Assembly: GCA_046725875.1 (NCBI GenBank)
Contig: JBKOZJ010000193.1
Location: 1 to 36,920, forward strand
Direction of reading: 5' to 3'
DNA: 36,920 nt
Source of the DNA: Actinomycetota bacterium
GTDB lineage: Bacteria; Actinomycetota; Actinomycetes; JAKEEW01
Under the pieces are notes generated by a model, which saw only the letters and a list, made by a program, of their open reading frames with translations, was not told the origin of the DNA and searched no databases. Positions 1 through 10,631 of this stretch are shown here, piece after piece; position 1 is the first letter of the stretch, and every line of letters begins with the position of its first letter. Position numbers and translations under genes: made by a program.

Positions 1-117
1 GTCTTCCTCGACCTAACCGGGCGCCCGCTAGGCAATCCGCCATGGGCGTCTGCTCCCGCGCGGGGCGACAACCTTCCTAGGTCTTCGCCCGATGAGCCGC
101 GTCGCCGGGCAGGTTAA
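1..117 (+). CDS. 3' end of ABC transporter ATP-binding protein (partial)
   Basis: Frame 1 reads VFLDLTGR...RRAG*, the typical (LED)VFLxLTG tail of DrrA-like ABC ATPases; directly upstream of an ABC-2 permease. Confidence 0.7.
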   Translation, partial: VFLDLTGRPLGNPPWASAPARGDNLPRSSPDEPRRRAG

Positions 118-120
118 GTC

Positions 121-876
121 ATGTACGAGCCAAGGCCAGGCGCGGCAGCGCCGCTCCGGATGGCATCCGGTCAGGCGCTCCTCGAGACCCGGCTGCTGCT
201 TCGTAACAGCGAGCAACTGCTGCTGACCGTCGTGATTCCGACGCTGCTGCTCGTCGTACTCACCAAGGTCCCTATTGTCGACGTCGGGACCGAGCGTCGG
301 GTCGATTTCCTCGCGCCTGGGATCCTCGCGCTCGCCGTGATGTCCACAGCGTTCACGGGGCAGGCGATCGCGACCGGTTATGAGCGGCGGTATGGCGCGC
401 TGAAGTGGCTGGGCACCACGCCACTGCCCCGCTGGGGGTTGCTCGCGGGCAAGACGCTCGCGGTGCTGGCCGTCGAGGCAATCCAGGTCGCCCTGCTGTG
501 CCTTGTCGCACTCGCCCTCGGCTGGGAGCCGCATGGCTCGCCAATCGGCGTGGTGGTCCTGCTCGTCGTCGGCACGGCCGCATTCAGTGCGCTCGGCCTG
601 CTCCTGGCCGGAATGCTGCCGGCCGAGGCCACGCTCGCTGCGGCGAACCTGGTCTGGGTGCTATTGCTGCTCGGCGGTGGGGTCATCGTGCCGCTTGACC
701 GCTTCCCCGACGCGGTCCGTCCGGTGCTCGAGGCGCTTCCGGTGACGGCGCTTTCGACCGGCCTGCGCGACATCCTGCAGGACGGGGCGGCAGTCCCGTG
801 GGCAGCGGTCGGCATCCTCCTCGCCTGGGCGGTCGCGACCGCGCTTGCCACTACGGCAACCTTCCGCTGGGAGTAG
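121..876 (+). CDS. ABC-2 type exporter permease
   Basis: 251 aa, about 6 TM segments, ERRYGALK..G.TPL motif, C-terminal FRWE; usual neighbour of actinobacterial ctaA. Confidence 0.9.
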   Translation: MYEPRPGAAAPLRMASGQALLETRLLLRNSEQLLLTVVIPTLLLVVLTKVPIVDVGTERRVDFLAPGILALAVMSTAFTGQAIATGYERRYGALKWLGTTPLPRWGLLAGKTLAVLAVEAIQVALLCLVALALGWEPHGSPIGVVVLLVVGTAAFSALGLLLAGMLPAEATLAAANLVWVLLLLGGGVIVPLDRFPDAVRPVLEALPVTALSTGLRDILQDGAAVPWAAVGILLAWAVATALATTATFRWE

Positions 877-908
877 CTGCAGGCGGCGGGCGGCGGGCAG
901 AAACAGCC

Positions 909-987
909 GAAACAGGAGTAGAAGTTGTTCAGGGAATTGCGCAACCTCCCTGAGAGTGGCCAAACGGATGGCTACTACTCCTGTTTC
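909..987. repeat. Nested inverted-repeat element in the permease-ctaA spacer
   Basis: GAAACAGGAGTAG (909-921) is the perfect reverse complement of CTACTCCTGTTTC (975-987); inner stem TCAGGGA (929-935)/TCCCTGA (947-953) encloses the palindrome TTGCGCAA. Confidence 0.7.
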
Positions 988-1097
988 TGTCGACCCTCCC
1001 GGCGGATGCCTGGCACCAGGCAACTCTCTACGCTTGGTTCGTGCCTTCCGTCCCGACCGAGCCGACCTCGGCCGCATCAGCTCTAGCTGCCGACGCC

Positions 1098-2072
1098 ATG
1101 GTGCGGAACGAGACAGTCGCCATCAGCCCAGCACCCGGCCGAGCGGCCGCTGCCACGGGCGCCGTCGCCCCGGCATCGGAAGTCCGCGCCGCGTCGGCCC
1201 GGACGCGACGGGTGTTCCTGGCCGGGATCATCGCCCAGATCGGGATCGTGATCACCGGGGGGCTGGTCCGGCTCACGGCGTCCGGGCTCGGCTGCCCCGA
1301 GTGGCCGCAGTGTTCCTCGGATTCGCTCGTGCCACGCGCGGAGACCGGCTATCACCAATACGTCGAGTTCGGCAATCGCATGCTCACCGGGGTCGTCGCC
1401 GTCGTGGCGCTCGCCTGCGTCGTCGCGGCCTGGCGGCACCGGCCGCGCCGCCGCTCATTGGTCGCTCTCGCGTCGGTGCTGCTCGGCGGTGTGGCGACGC
1501 AGGCCGTGCTCGGCGGAATTACGGTCCTGACGGAGCTGCATCCGGCGACCGTGGCGGCACACTTCCTGGTCTCGATGACGCTGGTCGCGTTCGCCGTCGC
1601 GTTGTACGAGCGTTCCGGAGAAGGTGACGCCGCACCGATCTCGCTGGTCCGTAATGAGGCAAAGATGCTCGGTTATGGCTTGCTGGCCACCGTTTCCACG
1701 GTGCTCGTACTCGGCACGGTGGTGACCGGAAGCGGCCCGCACTCGGGCGACGCGGAGGACACCGCTCGGTTCGGCTTCGATCCGCGCACCGTCGCGTGGC
1801 TACACGCCGACCTGGTGTGGCTGTTCATGGGCCTCGTCGTCGCGATGGTCGTGCTGCTACGCGCGACCGACGCTCCGCCCCTGGCGAGGCATCGAGCACT
1901 TGTCGTTCTGGCGATCGCACTTGCCCAAGGCGCAATCGGTTACTTCCAATATTGGACCGACCTGCCGGTCGCCGCCGTTGCCCTCCACATGCTCGGCGCT
2001 TCGCTCCTCATGGCCGCCGTCATCCGCCTGATCTACGCGCTGCGCACCCGGCCCTTGGCGGCGACCGGCTAG
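1098..2072 (+). CDS. ctaA: Heme A synthase (COX15/CtaA family)
   Basis: GGLVRLTASGLGCPEWPQC, EFGNR, AHF, GSGPHSGD, LH motifs, about 8 TM; start uncertain (1041 or 1098). Confidence 0.92.
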   Translation: MVRNETVAISPAPGRAAAATGAVAPASEVRAASARTRRVFLAGIIAQIGIVITGGLVRLTASGLGCPEWPQCSSDSLVPRAETGYHQYVEFGNRMLTGVVAVVALACVVAAWRHRPRRRSLVALASVLLGGVATQAVLGGITVLTELHPATVAAHFLVSMTLVAFAVALYERSGEGDAAPISLVRNEAKMLGYGLLATVSTVLVLGTVVTGSGPHSGDAEDTARFGFDPRTVAWLHADLVWLFMGLVVAMVVLLRATDAPPLARHRALVVLAIALAQGAIGYFQYWTDLPVAAVALHMLGASLLMAAVIRLIYALRTRPLAATG

Positions 2073-2602
2073 CCAGTCGCCGACGGCAGGGTGCCCGTGA
2101 TGTGGACCGGGTCGCCGGGCCGGACGCCGGCATCGGTGAAGGTGCCCCCCGGTGCCTCGACAGCGAGGTCGAACGGCTCGGGCGAGGGGTAGCGCCGGCA
2201 CTTCCATGGATCGACCGAGCCGCATGGTTCCATCTCGGCGACACCGACGACACCACCGTCGGCGGCCCAGACGATCGAGAGCGGTACCTTGGTCCGGTAC
2301 ATCCAGAAGGCGCCCTCCTCCGCCTTCGGGAACACGAAGATCATTCCGGTGCGGCTCGGCACCTCCTCCCGGTCCATCAAGCCGAGTTGACGTTCCTCTG
2401 CGGTGGCGGCGACCTCGACCTCCAGCGGGCCAGCCTTGCCAACGGTGACCGAGACGGTCGGGCGAGCACCGCCGCTGCCCGTGGGCGGGGCGGTCAATGG
2501 CGCGGCGCTCGGCCGGTCGCTGCCGCTCCCGCCGGAGACCCCGCACGCCGCAAGAGCAAGCAGCGCGACGGCCGTCGCTATGGCGGCCCGCAGGGTACGC
2601 AC
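2069..2602 (-). CDS. DUF192-family lipoprotein
   Basis: Lipobox LAAC; EVAAT..ER..GLM.R, GMIFVF, FWM..T..PL, AVE.PGG motifs. Confidence 0.85.
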   Translation of the reverse strand: MRTLRAAIATAVALLALAACGVSGGSGSDRPSAAPLTAPPTGSGGARPTVSVTVGKAGPLEVEVAATAEERQLGLMDREEVPSRTGMIFVFPKAEEGAFWMYRTKVPLSIVWAADGGVVGVAEMEPCGSVDPWKCRRYPSPEPFDLAVEAPGGTFTDAGVRPGDPVHITGTLPSATG

Positions 2603-2650
2603 TTTTGCATCATGGCCTATGTGGCCCGACCTTCCGCGGGGCTTCGGCGA

Positions 2651-2729
2651 ATGAAAGGCACTTTGCTGCGAATAGCCGGGAGATGAACGGCACCCTCACT
2701 CGAACCTATCGACCGAAGGTGCCGTTCAT
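2651..2729 (+). repeat. REP-like tripartite palindromic element, copy A
   Basis: Three GAA-N7-TTC-like units at 32 and 30 nt spacing; 47-bp hairpin 2683-2729 with 12-bp perfect arms; homologous to 19211-19289 and 20453-20531. Confidence 0.8.
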
Positions 2730-2745
2730 GCGAAACAGGGGGGCG

Positions 2746-3756
2746 TTAGCGGAGGACGGCGTCGATCGCGACGGTCACGAAGAGGAGGGCGAGGTAGCTG
2801 TTCGACCAGTGGAACAACCGCATCGGCCGGAGCGAAACACCTGCCGCCCCCGCCCGCGCCCGCCCGTACAGACGATGCGCCTCGACCAGGAAGACCGACC
2901 CGAGCGCCGACGCGACTACGACATAGACCGTGCCCGTCCCGGCAATCGGCCACAGCGCCAGGGAACAAGCGACCATCACCCAGCTGTAGAACACGATCTG
3001 CCGCGTGACTGAGCGCTCGGTCGCAACGACCGGCAGCATCGGCACCTTTGCCACCGCGTAGTCGTCCCGGTAGCGCAGCGCGAGCGCCCAGAAGTGCGGA
3101 GGCGTCCAGAAAAATACGACCAGGAAGAGCACCACCGGCGCCCACGCCAGCGACCCGGTGATCGCCGTCCAGCCGATAAGCGTCGGAAAGCACCCGGCGG
3201 CCCCGCCCCACACGATGTTCTGCGAGGTGCGCCGCTTCAGCACGATTGAGTAGCCGACCACATAGAAAACGTTCGCGGCGAGTGCGAGCCACGCGGACAA
3301 CCAGTTGACCGCGAAGCCGAGCCACACCGTCGCCGCGGCCCCGAGGCTGACGCCGAACACCAGCGCCGCACGCGGGCTGACCACGTGCGCTGGCAGCGGG
3401 CGGCGGCGGGTGCGGCGCATCGCCTCGTCGATATCCCGGTCGATCACGCAGTTGAGGGTGTTGGCGCTGCCGGCCGCCAGGGTTCCGCCGACTAGGGTCG
3501 CGAAGACCGGAGGCAGCGGCGGGACTCCCCCGGCCGCCAGGAACATCACCGGCACCGTCGTAACCAGCAGCAGCTCGATGATCCGTGGCTTGGTCAGCGC
3601 GACATAGGCCCGGACGAGCGAACCAAGGGTTCGACGGCTACTCGAGTCACCGGGGCCGGGCGGGCGGCGCGCCGCCGGCAGATCCATTTCCGCCGGCGCG
3701 CCATCCGGCCGCGCAACAACCGGTCGCGACCGACGCGAGGTCGACAGAACGGACAC
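2746..3756 (-). CDS. ctaB: Heme O synthase (protoheme IX farnesyltransferase)
   Basis: [43 protein letters not shown] motifs; divergent from tkt. Confidence 0.95.
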   Translation of the reverse strand: MSVLSTSRRSRPVVARPDGAPAEMDLPAARRPPGPGDSSSRRTLGSLVRAYVALTKPRIIELLLVTTVPVMFLAAGGVPPLPPVFATLVGGTLAAGSANTLNCVIDRDIDEAMRRTRRRPLPAHVVSPRAALVFGVSLGAAATVWLGFAVNWLSAWLALAANVFYVVGYSIVLKRRTSQNIVWGGAAGCFPTLIGWTAITGSLAWAPVVLFLVVFFWTPPHFWALALRYRDDYAVAKVPMLPVVATERSVTRQIVFYSWVMVACSLALWPIAGTGTVYVVVASALGSVFLVEAHRLYGRARAGAAGVSLRPMRLFHWSNSYLALLFVTVAIDAVLR

Positions 3757-3882
3757 GCGGCCCCCGGGCGAACGGCAGATCGGACTTCGGCGGCACCACT
3801 GTAGTCCGCTGGCTATTCGCCCCAGCCGTTGGCCATCGGTGCCACCAGCTCAGACCAGAAAGCGCTCGGTAGGCTCGGCAAA

Positions 3883-5976
3883 GTGACTGCCGAGACAACC
3901 CTGAACTGGACAGACGTCGATCGGCGGGCCGTCGACACGGTCCGGACCCTCGCCATGGACGCGGTAGAGAAGGCCGGCTCGGGTCACCCCGGCACGGCGA
4001 TGAGCCTTGCTCCAGCGGCTTATCTGCTATTCCAGCGCCTCCTCCGGCATGACCCGACCGACGCCAGCTGGCTGGGGCGCGACCGGTTCGTCCTGTCCGC
4101 CGGGCATACGAGCCTGACGCTGTACATCCAGCTCTACTTCTCGGGCTACGGACTGCGGCTGGACGACCTGAAGGCGCTGCGGCAGTGGGGCAGCCTGACG
4201 CCCGGCCATCCGGAGTACGGGCACACGCTCGGCGTCGAGACCACGACCGGGCCGCTCGGGCAGGGTTTCGGCAACGCGGTCGGCATGGCGATGGCAGCCC
4301 GGCGCATACGCGGTCTGTTCGATCCGGATGCCGAGCCAGGGGCGAGCCCGTTCGACCACACCATCTGGACCTTTGCAAGCGACGGCGACATCGAGGAAGG
4401 CGTCAGCTCGGAGTCGGCCTCGCTCGCCGGCCACCAGCGGCTGTCCAACCTCGTCGTCCTCTATGACGACAACCACATCTCGATCGACGGCAATACGAAC
4501 GTCGCGCTGTCCGAAGACGTGCTCGCCCGGTTCGCCGGCTACGGCTGGCACACCCAGCGGGTCGATGACGCCGAGGACGTCCATGCCCTGTTCGACGCGT
4601 TCATCACGGCGCGCGATGTCACCGACCGACCGGCCATCATCGCGGTTCGGTCGGTCATTGCCTGGCCGGCGCCGCACGCGCAGAACACGGGCAAGGCGCA
4701 TGGTGCCGCTCTCGGCGCCGCGGAGGTCGCGGCGACCAAGCGGGTCCTGGGCCTTGACCCGGACACGACCTTCGCAGTGCCTGACGACGTGCTCGATCAC
4801 GTACGGAAGGTCGCGCAGCGCGGCCGGGCGCTCCACGCCGAGTGGGACAAGACGTATACCCGGTGGCGGGAGGCGAACCCAGAGCGCGCGGCGGATCTCG
4901 ACCGCATCCTCGCCCGCAAGGTGCCCGAAGGATGGGCCGCGAAGCTGCCGGAGTTCGAGGCCGGCACAGCGGTCGCCACCCGCAAAGCGTCCGGAAAGGT
5001 GCTGACCGCGATCGCCCCGGTGCTGCCCGAACTCTTCGGTGGATCCGCCGACCTGCACGAGTCGAACAACACATACATCGAGGGTGAGTCGTCCTTCCTC
5101 CGGTCGGAGGCCGGAGCGGACAACTCCAGCCCGTACGGAAGGAACATCCACTTCGGCGTCCGCGAGCATGCGATGGGCGCGACGATGAACGGGATGGCGC
5201 TCTACAAGCTGCGCCCCTACGGGGGCACCTTTCTGATCTTCAGCGACTACATGCGCCCGGCAGTGCGGCTCGCCGCGCTGATGAAGTTGCCGACCATCTA
5301 TGTCTGGACGCACGATTCGATCGGGCTCGGCGAAGACGGCCCGACCCATCAGCCGATCGAGCAGCTGTGGGCGCTGCGCGCGATCCCCGGGCTCGACGTG
5401 GTCCGGCCGGCCGACGCCAACGAGACGGCGGTCGCCTGGCGGACCGTCCTCGAGCACACCGACCGACCCGCCGGCATCTGCCTGACCAGGCAGAACCTGC
5501 CGACCTTCGACCGGTCGCCCGGGACTGGGTTCGCCTCCGCCGAATGCATGGCTCGCGGCGGATATGTACTGGTCGAGGCGAGCACGGGCCAGCCGTCGGC
5601 GATCCTCATCGCCACCGGGAGCGAGGTCTCGATCGCGGTCGAGGCGCGGGAAAGGCTGGAAGCCGAGGGGCTGCCGACCCGAGTGGTCTCGATGCCCTGC
5701 GTGGAGTGGTTCGAGGCCCAGGAGCATGCATACCGGCAGTCGGTGTTGCCACCCGATGTGCGGGTACGGGTCTCGGTCGAGGCGGGCGTCGCCCAGGGTT
5801 GGGCGAAGTACGTCGGCGACGCCGGCGAGAGCCTCAGCCTCGAGCACTACGGTGCGTCGGCACCCTACGCGGTGCTTTATGAGCAGTTCGGCCTGACGCC
5901 GGACCGGGTCGTCGCGGCGGTACGGTCCAGCCTCTCGAAGATCGGTGCGACGAAGGGGTCGACGACCGGGAACTGA
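3883..5976 (+). CDS. tkt: Transketolase
   Basis: [24 protein letters not shown] ThDP motif, [16 protein letters not shown]; start set at GTG 3883. Confidence 0.97.
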   Translation: MTAETTLNWTDVDRRAVDTVRTLAMDAVEKAGSGHPGTAMSLAPAAYLLFQRLLRHDPTDASWLGRDRFVLSAGHTSLTLYIQLYFSGYGLRLDDLKALRQWGSLTPGHPEYGHTLGVETTTGPLGQGFGNAVGMAMAARRIRGLFDPDAEPGASPFDHTIWTFASDGDIEEGVSSESASLAGHQRLSNLVVLYDDNHISIDGNTNVALSEDVLARFAGYGWHTQRVDDAEDVHALFDAFITARDVTDRPAIIAVRSVIAWPAPHAQNTGKAHGAALGAAEVAATKRVLGLDPDTTFAVPDDVLDHVRKVAQRGRALHAEWDKTYTRWREANPERAADLDRILARKVPEGWAAKLPEFEAGTAVATRKASGKVLTAIAPVLPELFGGSADLHESNNTYIEGESSFLRSEAGADNSSPYGRNIHFGVREHAMGATMNGMALYKLRPYGGTFLIFSDYMRPAVRLAALMKLPTIYVWTHDSIGLGEDGPTHQPIEQLWALRAIPGLDVVRPADANETAVAWRTVLEHTDRPAGICLTRQNLPTFDRSPGTGFASAECMARGGYVLVEASTGQPSAILIATGSEVSIAVEARERLEAEGLPTRVVSMPCVEWFEAQEHAYRQSVLPPDVRVRVSVEAGVAQGWAKYVGDAGESLSLEHYGASAPYAVLYEQFGLTPDRVVAAVRSSLSKIGATKGSTTGN

Positions 5977-6058
5977 CCGGGACCGGCCGCGGTTTACGGA
6001 AGCGGACCGGCCGGACGCGCGGAACGTGGCCAGGGCCGGACTGCGGAAGGAGAGCGAC

Positions 6059-7171
6059 ATGAACGAGACGCTGAAGAAGCTGTCGGCCGAGGGTGTTGCG
6101 ATCTGGCTAGACGACTTGTCCCGGCACCGGCTGGCGTCGGGGAACCTCGCCGAGCTGATCCGCGACAACTTCGTCGTCGGGGTGACCACCAATCCGACGA
6201 TCTTCCAGAAGGCGGTCGCCGGGACGGACATATACGACGAACAGATTGCCGGGTTCGCCAAGCTTGGCATGTCCGTCGGCGAGGCGAGCCATCTGCTGAC
6301 GACGTACGACGTGCGGTGGGCGTGCGACGTCCTGCGGCCCGCCTACGACACGACCGATCGCCTGGACGGCCGGGTTTCGATCGAGGTCGACCCGGGCCTC
6401 GCTCACGAGACCGACAAGACCATCGCCGAGGCGCGGACCCTGTGGTGGCTGGTGGACCGGCCGAACCTCTTCGTCAAGATCCCGGCCACCCGGGCGGGCC
6501 TGGCTGCGATCAGTCAGTGTCTATCCGAAGGTATCTCCATCAACGTGACCTTGATCTTCTCGCTGCAGCGCTACGTGGAGGTAATGGACGCCTTCATGGA
6601 CGGGCTGGAGCGCGCCCAGGCAGCCGGCCGGGATCTGTCGTCGATCGCCTCGGTGGCGTCGTTCTTCGTGAGCCGGGTCGACACCGAGGTCGACAAGCGG
6701 CTGGACAAGCTTGGCACCGACGAGGCTCGGGCGTTGCGCGGGAAGGCCGCGATAGCGAACGCGCGGCTGGCCTTCCAGAAGTACGAGGAGGTCCTCGCGA
6801 GCGAGCGGTGGCGCCGGCTCGAGGCCGCCGGGGCGCGGCCGCAGCGGCCGCTTTGGGCCTCGACCGGGGTCAAGGACCCTGCCTACGACGACACCCGCTA
6901 CGTCGTCGAGCTCGTGACCCGGGGCGTGGTCAACACGATGCCCGAGGCAACGCTAAATGCCGTTGCCGACCACGCTGAGCTGCGCGGCGACACAGTGCGC
7001 GGCGACTACGCGGCGGCGCAGCAGACCATCGACGCGCTCGAGCGGCTCGGCATCTCCTACCCGGACGTTGTCCAGGCGCTGGAGGACGAGGGTGTCGAGA
7101 AGTTCGCGAACTCCTGGAGCGAGCTGCGCGCCTCGATCGAGTCGGAGCTGCAGCGCCTCGTGAAGACCTGA
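6059..7171 (+). CDS. tal: Transaldolase
   Basis: [40 protein letters not shown] before ATG 6059. Confidence 0.97.
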   Translation: MNETLKKLSAEGVAIWLDDLSRHRLASGNLAELIRDNFVVGVTTNPTIFQKAVAGTDIYDEQIAGFAKLGMSVGEASHLLTTYDVRWACDVLRPAYDTTDRLDGRVSIEVDPGLAHETDKTIAEARTLWWLVDRPNLFVKIPATRAGLAAISQCLSEGISINVTLIFSLQRYVEVMDAFMDGLERAQAAGRDLSSIASVASFFVSRVDTEVDKRLDKLGTDEARALRGKAAIANARLAFQKYEEVLASERWRRLEAAGARPQRPLWASTGVKDPAYDDTRYVVELVTRGVVNTMPEATLNAVADHAELRGDTVRGDYAAAQQTIDALERLGISYPDVVQALEDEGVEKFANSWSELRASIESELQRLVKT

Positions 7172-7216
7172 CTAGCAGCCCCTCTACCAAAGCCCGGAGG
7201 AAAGGGGTGGAGCCCC

Positions 7217-9034
7217 ATGGTGGATCGCAGTGGTGAACCGAGTCGCGGCAGCGGCAGCAGACCTGGCGGCCCCCCGGCAGGCGTTGCGCTGGAGGTCGGC
7301 GATGGTGAGCTGTCCGCGGCGGCGCTCCATACTCTGGCCGAGCTTACCGAAGCGGAGGTCGCCGAACTGCTGAGCGCGGCCGATCCCACCCTGTGGGGGT
7401 CGGACGCCGAGGCCGCGGCCAGCAGCCGGCTTGGCTGGCTGGCCTTGCCCGAGACCTCGCGTGCGCTCCTGCCCGACCTGGACCGAGCGCGGAACGCCGT
7501 GCGGGACGCCGGACTCGACCACGTCGTGCTCGCGGGTATGGGTGGCTCCTCGCTCGCGCCGGAGGTCATCACCAAGACGGCGGATGTCGACTTGACGGTG
7601 CTCGACACGACCGACCCCGGGCAGATCCGGAGGGCGCTGGCCGACCGGCTACGGCAGACCGTTGTCGTCGTCGCGAGCAAGAGCGGCTCCACGGTCGAAA
7701 CGGACAGCCACCGCCGGCTCTATGAGCGGGCCTTCCGCGACGCGGGAATCAGCCAGGACGAGTTGCCTCGGCACTTCGTCGTCGTCACCGACCCGGGGAC
7801 GACTCTCGAGGAGTACGCGAGAGAGGCGGGTTACACCGTCATCACGGCCGATCCAACTGTCGGCGGCCGCTACTCGGCCCTGTCCGCCTTCGGGCTAGTG
7901 CCAAGCACGCTCGCGGGCGCCGAGGTAGAGCCACTGCTCGACGCGGCCGGCGACTTGCGGCCCTTCCTCGCCAAGCCCGAGGACAACCCGGGACTCCTGC
8001 TCGGCGCCGTGCTCGGGGCCGCCGCCACGCAGCTGGAGAAGGACAAGGTGGTCATCGCCGACGGCGGCTCCGGACTCGTCGGATTCGGCGAGTGGGCCGA
8101 GCAGCTGCTCGCCGAGTCAACGGGTAAACAAGGCATGGGCTTGCTGCCCGTCGTGGTCGAGGCGCCTGGCGCACCGGGGTGGGCAGATGCCGGCGATGAC
8201 GCGCTGCGCGTGCTCCTCACCGGACCCGGCGACCAGCGCCGGCTTTCCTCCATCGCGGGCGCGGTTACCGAGGCTGGACCACCCGGCCTCGGCCCACCCG
8301 CGCCCGTCGTGGTCGGACCGCCGAGCGATCTAATGCCACCGCCGGGCCAGCATTACGAAGGCGCGGACGTGCGGGTGTACGGCTCGCTAGGAGCGCAGTT
8401 CCTCCTTTGGGAGTATGCAACCGCGGTAGCCGGTCGAGCGCTCGGCATCAACCCGTTCGACCAACCGAATGTCGCCGAGTCCAAGGAGAACACCCAAAGG
8501 CTGCTCGGCGAGTCCGGCGACGGTCCCCTGCCCGAGGGTGAGCCCGTCTTCCAGTCCGACACGGTCGCCGTCTACGCGCCCGGTGTCGGCGCGATCCCGC
8601 TCAGCCGCAGTCAGCATCTCTCCGACATCATCGACACGCTGATCGCCGAGCTACCGGACCGCGGCTACCTCGCAGTGATGGCCTACCTCGACCGGTCCGC
8701 GGACGCCGCTGCCGTGAAGCTGCGCGCCGCGGTCGCGGAGCGGACCGGCGGGCGGCAAGTCACCTTCGGCTGGGGACCGCGATTCCTGCACTCGACCGGG
8801 CAGTACCACAAGGGCGGGCCGCAGACCGGCGTCTTCCTCCAGATCACCGGCGCCATCCGGGAGGACGTGGACGTGCCCGGCGAACCGTACTCCTTTGGCC
8901 GGCTCCATCTCGCCCAAGCCCTCGGGGACTTGAATGCGCTCGCAGTTCGCGGCCGTCCCGTGGTGCGTGTACACCTGAAGGACCGGGAGGCCGGCCTGCG
9001 CGCCCTGCTCGATGCGGCCGGTAGCACAGAGTGA
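7217..9034 (+). CDS. pgi: Glucose-6-phosphate isomerase (SIS-fold, Tal-Pgi-associated type)
   Basis: GMGGSSL, SKSGST.ET, GGRYSALS, AESTGK, NPFDQPNV.ESK, GPRFLHSTGQYHKGG; start uncertain. Confidence 0.92.
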   Translation: MVDRSGEPSRGSGSRPGGPPAGVALEVGDGELSAAALHTLAELTEAEVAELLSAADPTLWGSDAEAAASSRLGWLALPETSRALLPDLDRARNAVRDAGLDHVVLAGMGGSSLAPEVITKTADVDLTVLDTTDPGQIRRALADRLRQTVVVVASKSGSTVETDSHRRLYERAFRDAGISQDELPRHFVVVTDPGTTLEEYAREAGYTVITADPTVGGRYSALSAFGLVPSTLAGAEVEPLLDAAGDLRPFLAKPEDNPGLLLGAVLGAAATQLEKDKVVIADGGSGLVGFGEWAEQLLAESTGKQGMGLLPVVVEAPGAPGWADAGDDALRVLLTGPGDQRRLSSIAGAVTEAGPPGLGPPAPVVVGPPSDLMPPPGQHYEGADVRVYGSLGAQFLLWEYATAVAGRALGINPFDQPNVAESKENTQRLLGESGDGPLPEGEPVFQSDTVAVYAPGVGAIPLSRSQHLSDIIDTLIAELPDRGYLAVMAYLDRSADAAAVKLRAAVAERTGGRQVTFGWGPRFLHSTGQYHKGGPQTGVFLQITGAIREDVDVPGEPYSFGRLHLAQALGDLNALAVRGRPVVRVHLKDREAGLRALLDAAGSTE

Positions 9035-9047
9035 CGGCGAGAGCGCG

Positions 9048-10631
9048 ATGACCGAACAGACAGTACCGGATGTAGGTGAGCAGCAGCCCAGCAACCCGCT
9101 GCGGGACATGCAGGACCGGCGGTTGCCGCGGATCGCCGGGCCGTGCGGTCTTGTCATCTTTGGGGTCACCGGCGACTTGGCCCGGAAGAAGCTGATGCCG
9201 GCGGTCTACGACCTCGCCAACCGCGGGCTGCTACCGCCCAGCTTCGGCCTGGTCGGCTTCGCCCGTCGGGACTGGGAAAACCAGGACTTCGCTCAGGTGG
9301 TCTATGAGGCGGTCAAGGAACACTCGCGGACGCCGTTCCGGGACGAGGTGTGGAAGCAGCTCGCCGAGGGCTTCCGCTTCGTGTCCGGTGACTTCAGCGA
9401 CGACGCCGCCTTCAAGACGCTCAGGGACACCGTTAGGGAACTCGACGAGGAGCGCGGAACCGGGGGGAACCACGCGTTCTACCTGTCGGTGCCGCCGAAG
9501 TTCTTCCCCGAGGTCGTTCGCCAGCTCAAGGAACACGGCCTGGCCGAGCCGGTCGACGCGCGCGCCGGTCACTCGGATGGTGCCCGCCCGTGGCGCCGGG
9601 TCGTCATCGAGAAACCGTTCGGGCGCGACCTCGCCAGCGCCCAGGAGCTGAATCGGATCGTCGGCGAGGTCTTCCCACCCGGCGCGGTGTTCCGGATCGA
9701 CCATTACCTGGGCAAGGAGACCGTCCAGAACATCCTTGCCCTGCGGTTCGCCAACGAGATGTTCGAGCCGATCTGGAACCGCGGCTTCGTCGACCACGTG
9801 CAGATCACGATGGCCGAGGACATCGGCATCGAAGGGCGCGCCGGCTACTACGACGGCATCGGCGCCGCCCGCGACGTGATCCAGAACCACCTCATCCAGC
9901 TGCTCGCGCTGACCGCGATGGAGGAGCCAGTCGCGTTCGAGGCCCGTGACCTGCGACTGGAGAAGATGAAGGTGCTCTCCGCAGTGCGGCTGCCCGAGGA
10001 CCTGGCGCTCGGTACCGCACGCGGTCAATACGCCGCCGGCTGGCAGGGCGGGGTCTATGTTCCGGGCTATCTCGCGGAGGACGGCATCCCACCGGGCTCG
10101 CGGACCGAGACCTACGCCGCGGTCAAGCTGGAGGTGGACACGCGGCGCTGGGCCGGTGTCCCGTTCTACCTCAGGACCGGCAAGCGGCTGGGCCGCAGGG
10201 TCACCGAGATCGCCATCGTCTTCCAGCGCGCGCCGCACCTGCCCTTCCTGGCTACCGCAACCGAGGAGCTCGGGCAGAACTCATTGGTCATCCGCATCCA
10301 GCCGGACGAGGGCGTGACGGTGCGTTTCGGATCGAAGGTACCCGGCTCCGCCATGGAGGTACGCGACGTCACCATGGACTTCGCCTATGGCAAGTCGTTC
10401 ACGGAGTCCTCGCCGGAGGCGTATGAGCGGCTGATCCTCGATGTTCTCCTGGGTGACCCGCCGCTGTTCCCGCGGCACGAGGAGGTCGAGCTGTCCTGGA
10501 TAATCCTCGACCCGATCGAGGACTTCTGGACCGCCGGCGGCGCGCCGGACGGCTACCCGGCGGGCACCTGGGGGCCCGCGTCGGCCGACGAGATGATGGC
10601 CCGAGACGGCCGGTCATGGAGGCGGCCGTGA
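9048..10631 (+). CDS. zwf: Glucose-6-phosphate 1-dehydrogenase
   Basis: FGVTGDLA, EKPFG, RIDHYLGKE, PFYLRTGK. Confidence 0.97.
   Translation: MTEQTVPDVGEQQPSNPLRDMQDRRLPRIAGPCGLVIFGVTGDLARKKLMPAVYDLANRGLLPPSFGLVGFARRDWENQDFAQVVYEAVKEHSRTPFRDEVWKQLAEGFRFVSGDFSDDAAFKTLRDTVRELDEERGTGGNHAFYLSVPPKFFPEVVRQLKEHGLAEPVDARAGHSDGARPWRRVVIEKPFGRDLASAQELNRIVGEVFPPGAVFRIDHYLGKETVQNILALRFANEMFEPIWNRGFVDHVQITMAEDIGIEGRAGYYDGIGAARDVIQNHLIQLLALTAMEEPVAFEARDLRLEKMKVLSAVRLPEDLALGTARGQYAAGWQGGVYVPGYLAEDGIPPGSRTETYAAVKLEVDTRRWAGVPFYLRTGKRLGRRVTEIAIVFQRAPHLPFLATATEELGQNSLVIRIQPDEGVTVRFGSKVPGSAMEVRDVTMDFAYGKSFTESSPEAYERLILDVLLGDPPLFPRHEEVELSWIILDPIEDFWTAGGAPDGYPAGTWGPASADEMMARDGRSWRRP

Noticed and set aside
1360..1385. 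CtaA EFGNR lacks the His of ExxHR
   Set aside because: Normal for actinobacterial CtaA
2651..2729. GAAC..GTTC-like units as LexA/SOS boxes or a CRISPR array
   Set aside because: The spacer is one base longer than the Gram-positive GAAC-N4-GTTC box; copies are not at uvrC; there is no repeat-spacer array and no cas gene
4027..6270. Long antisense or alternative-frame ORFs (e.g. 747 aa opposite tkt, 430 aa opposite gap/whiA, 454 aa opposite the kinase)
   Set aside because: Shadow ORFs expected from high GC3 codon bias; they overlap well-supported genes and have no motifs
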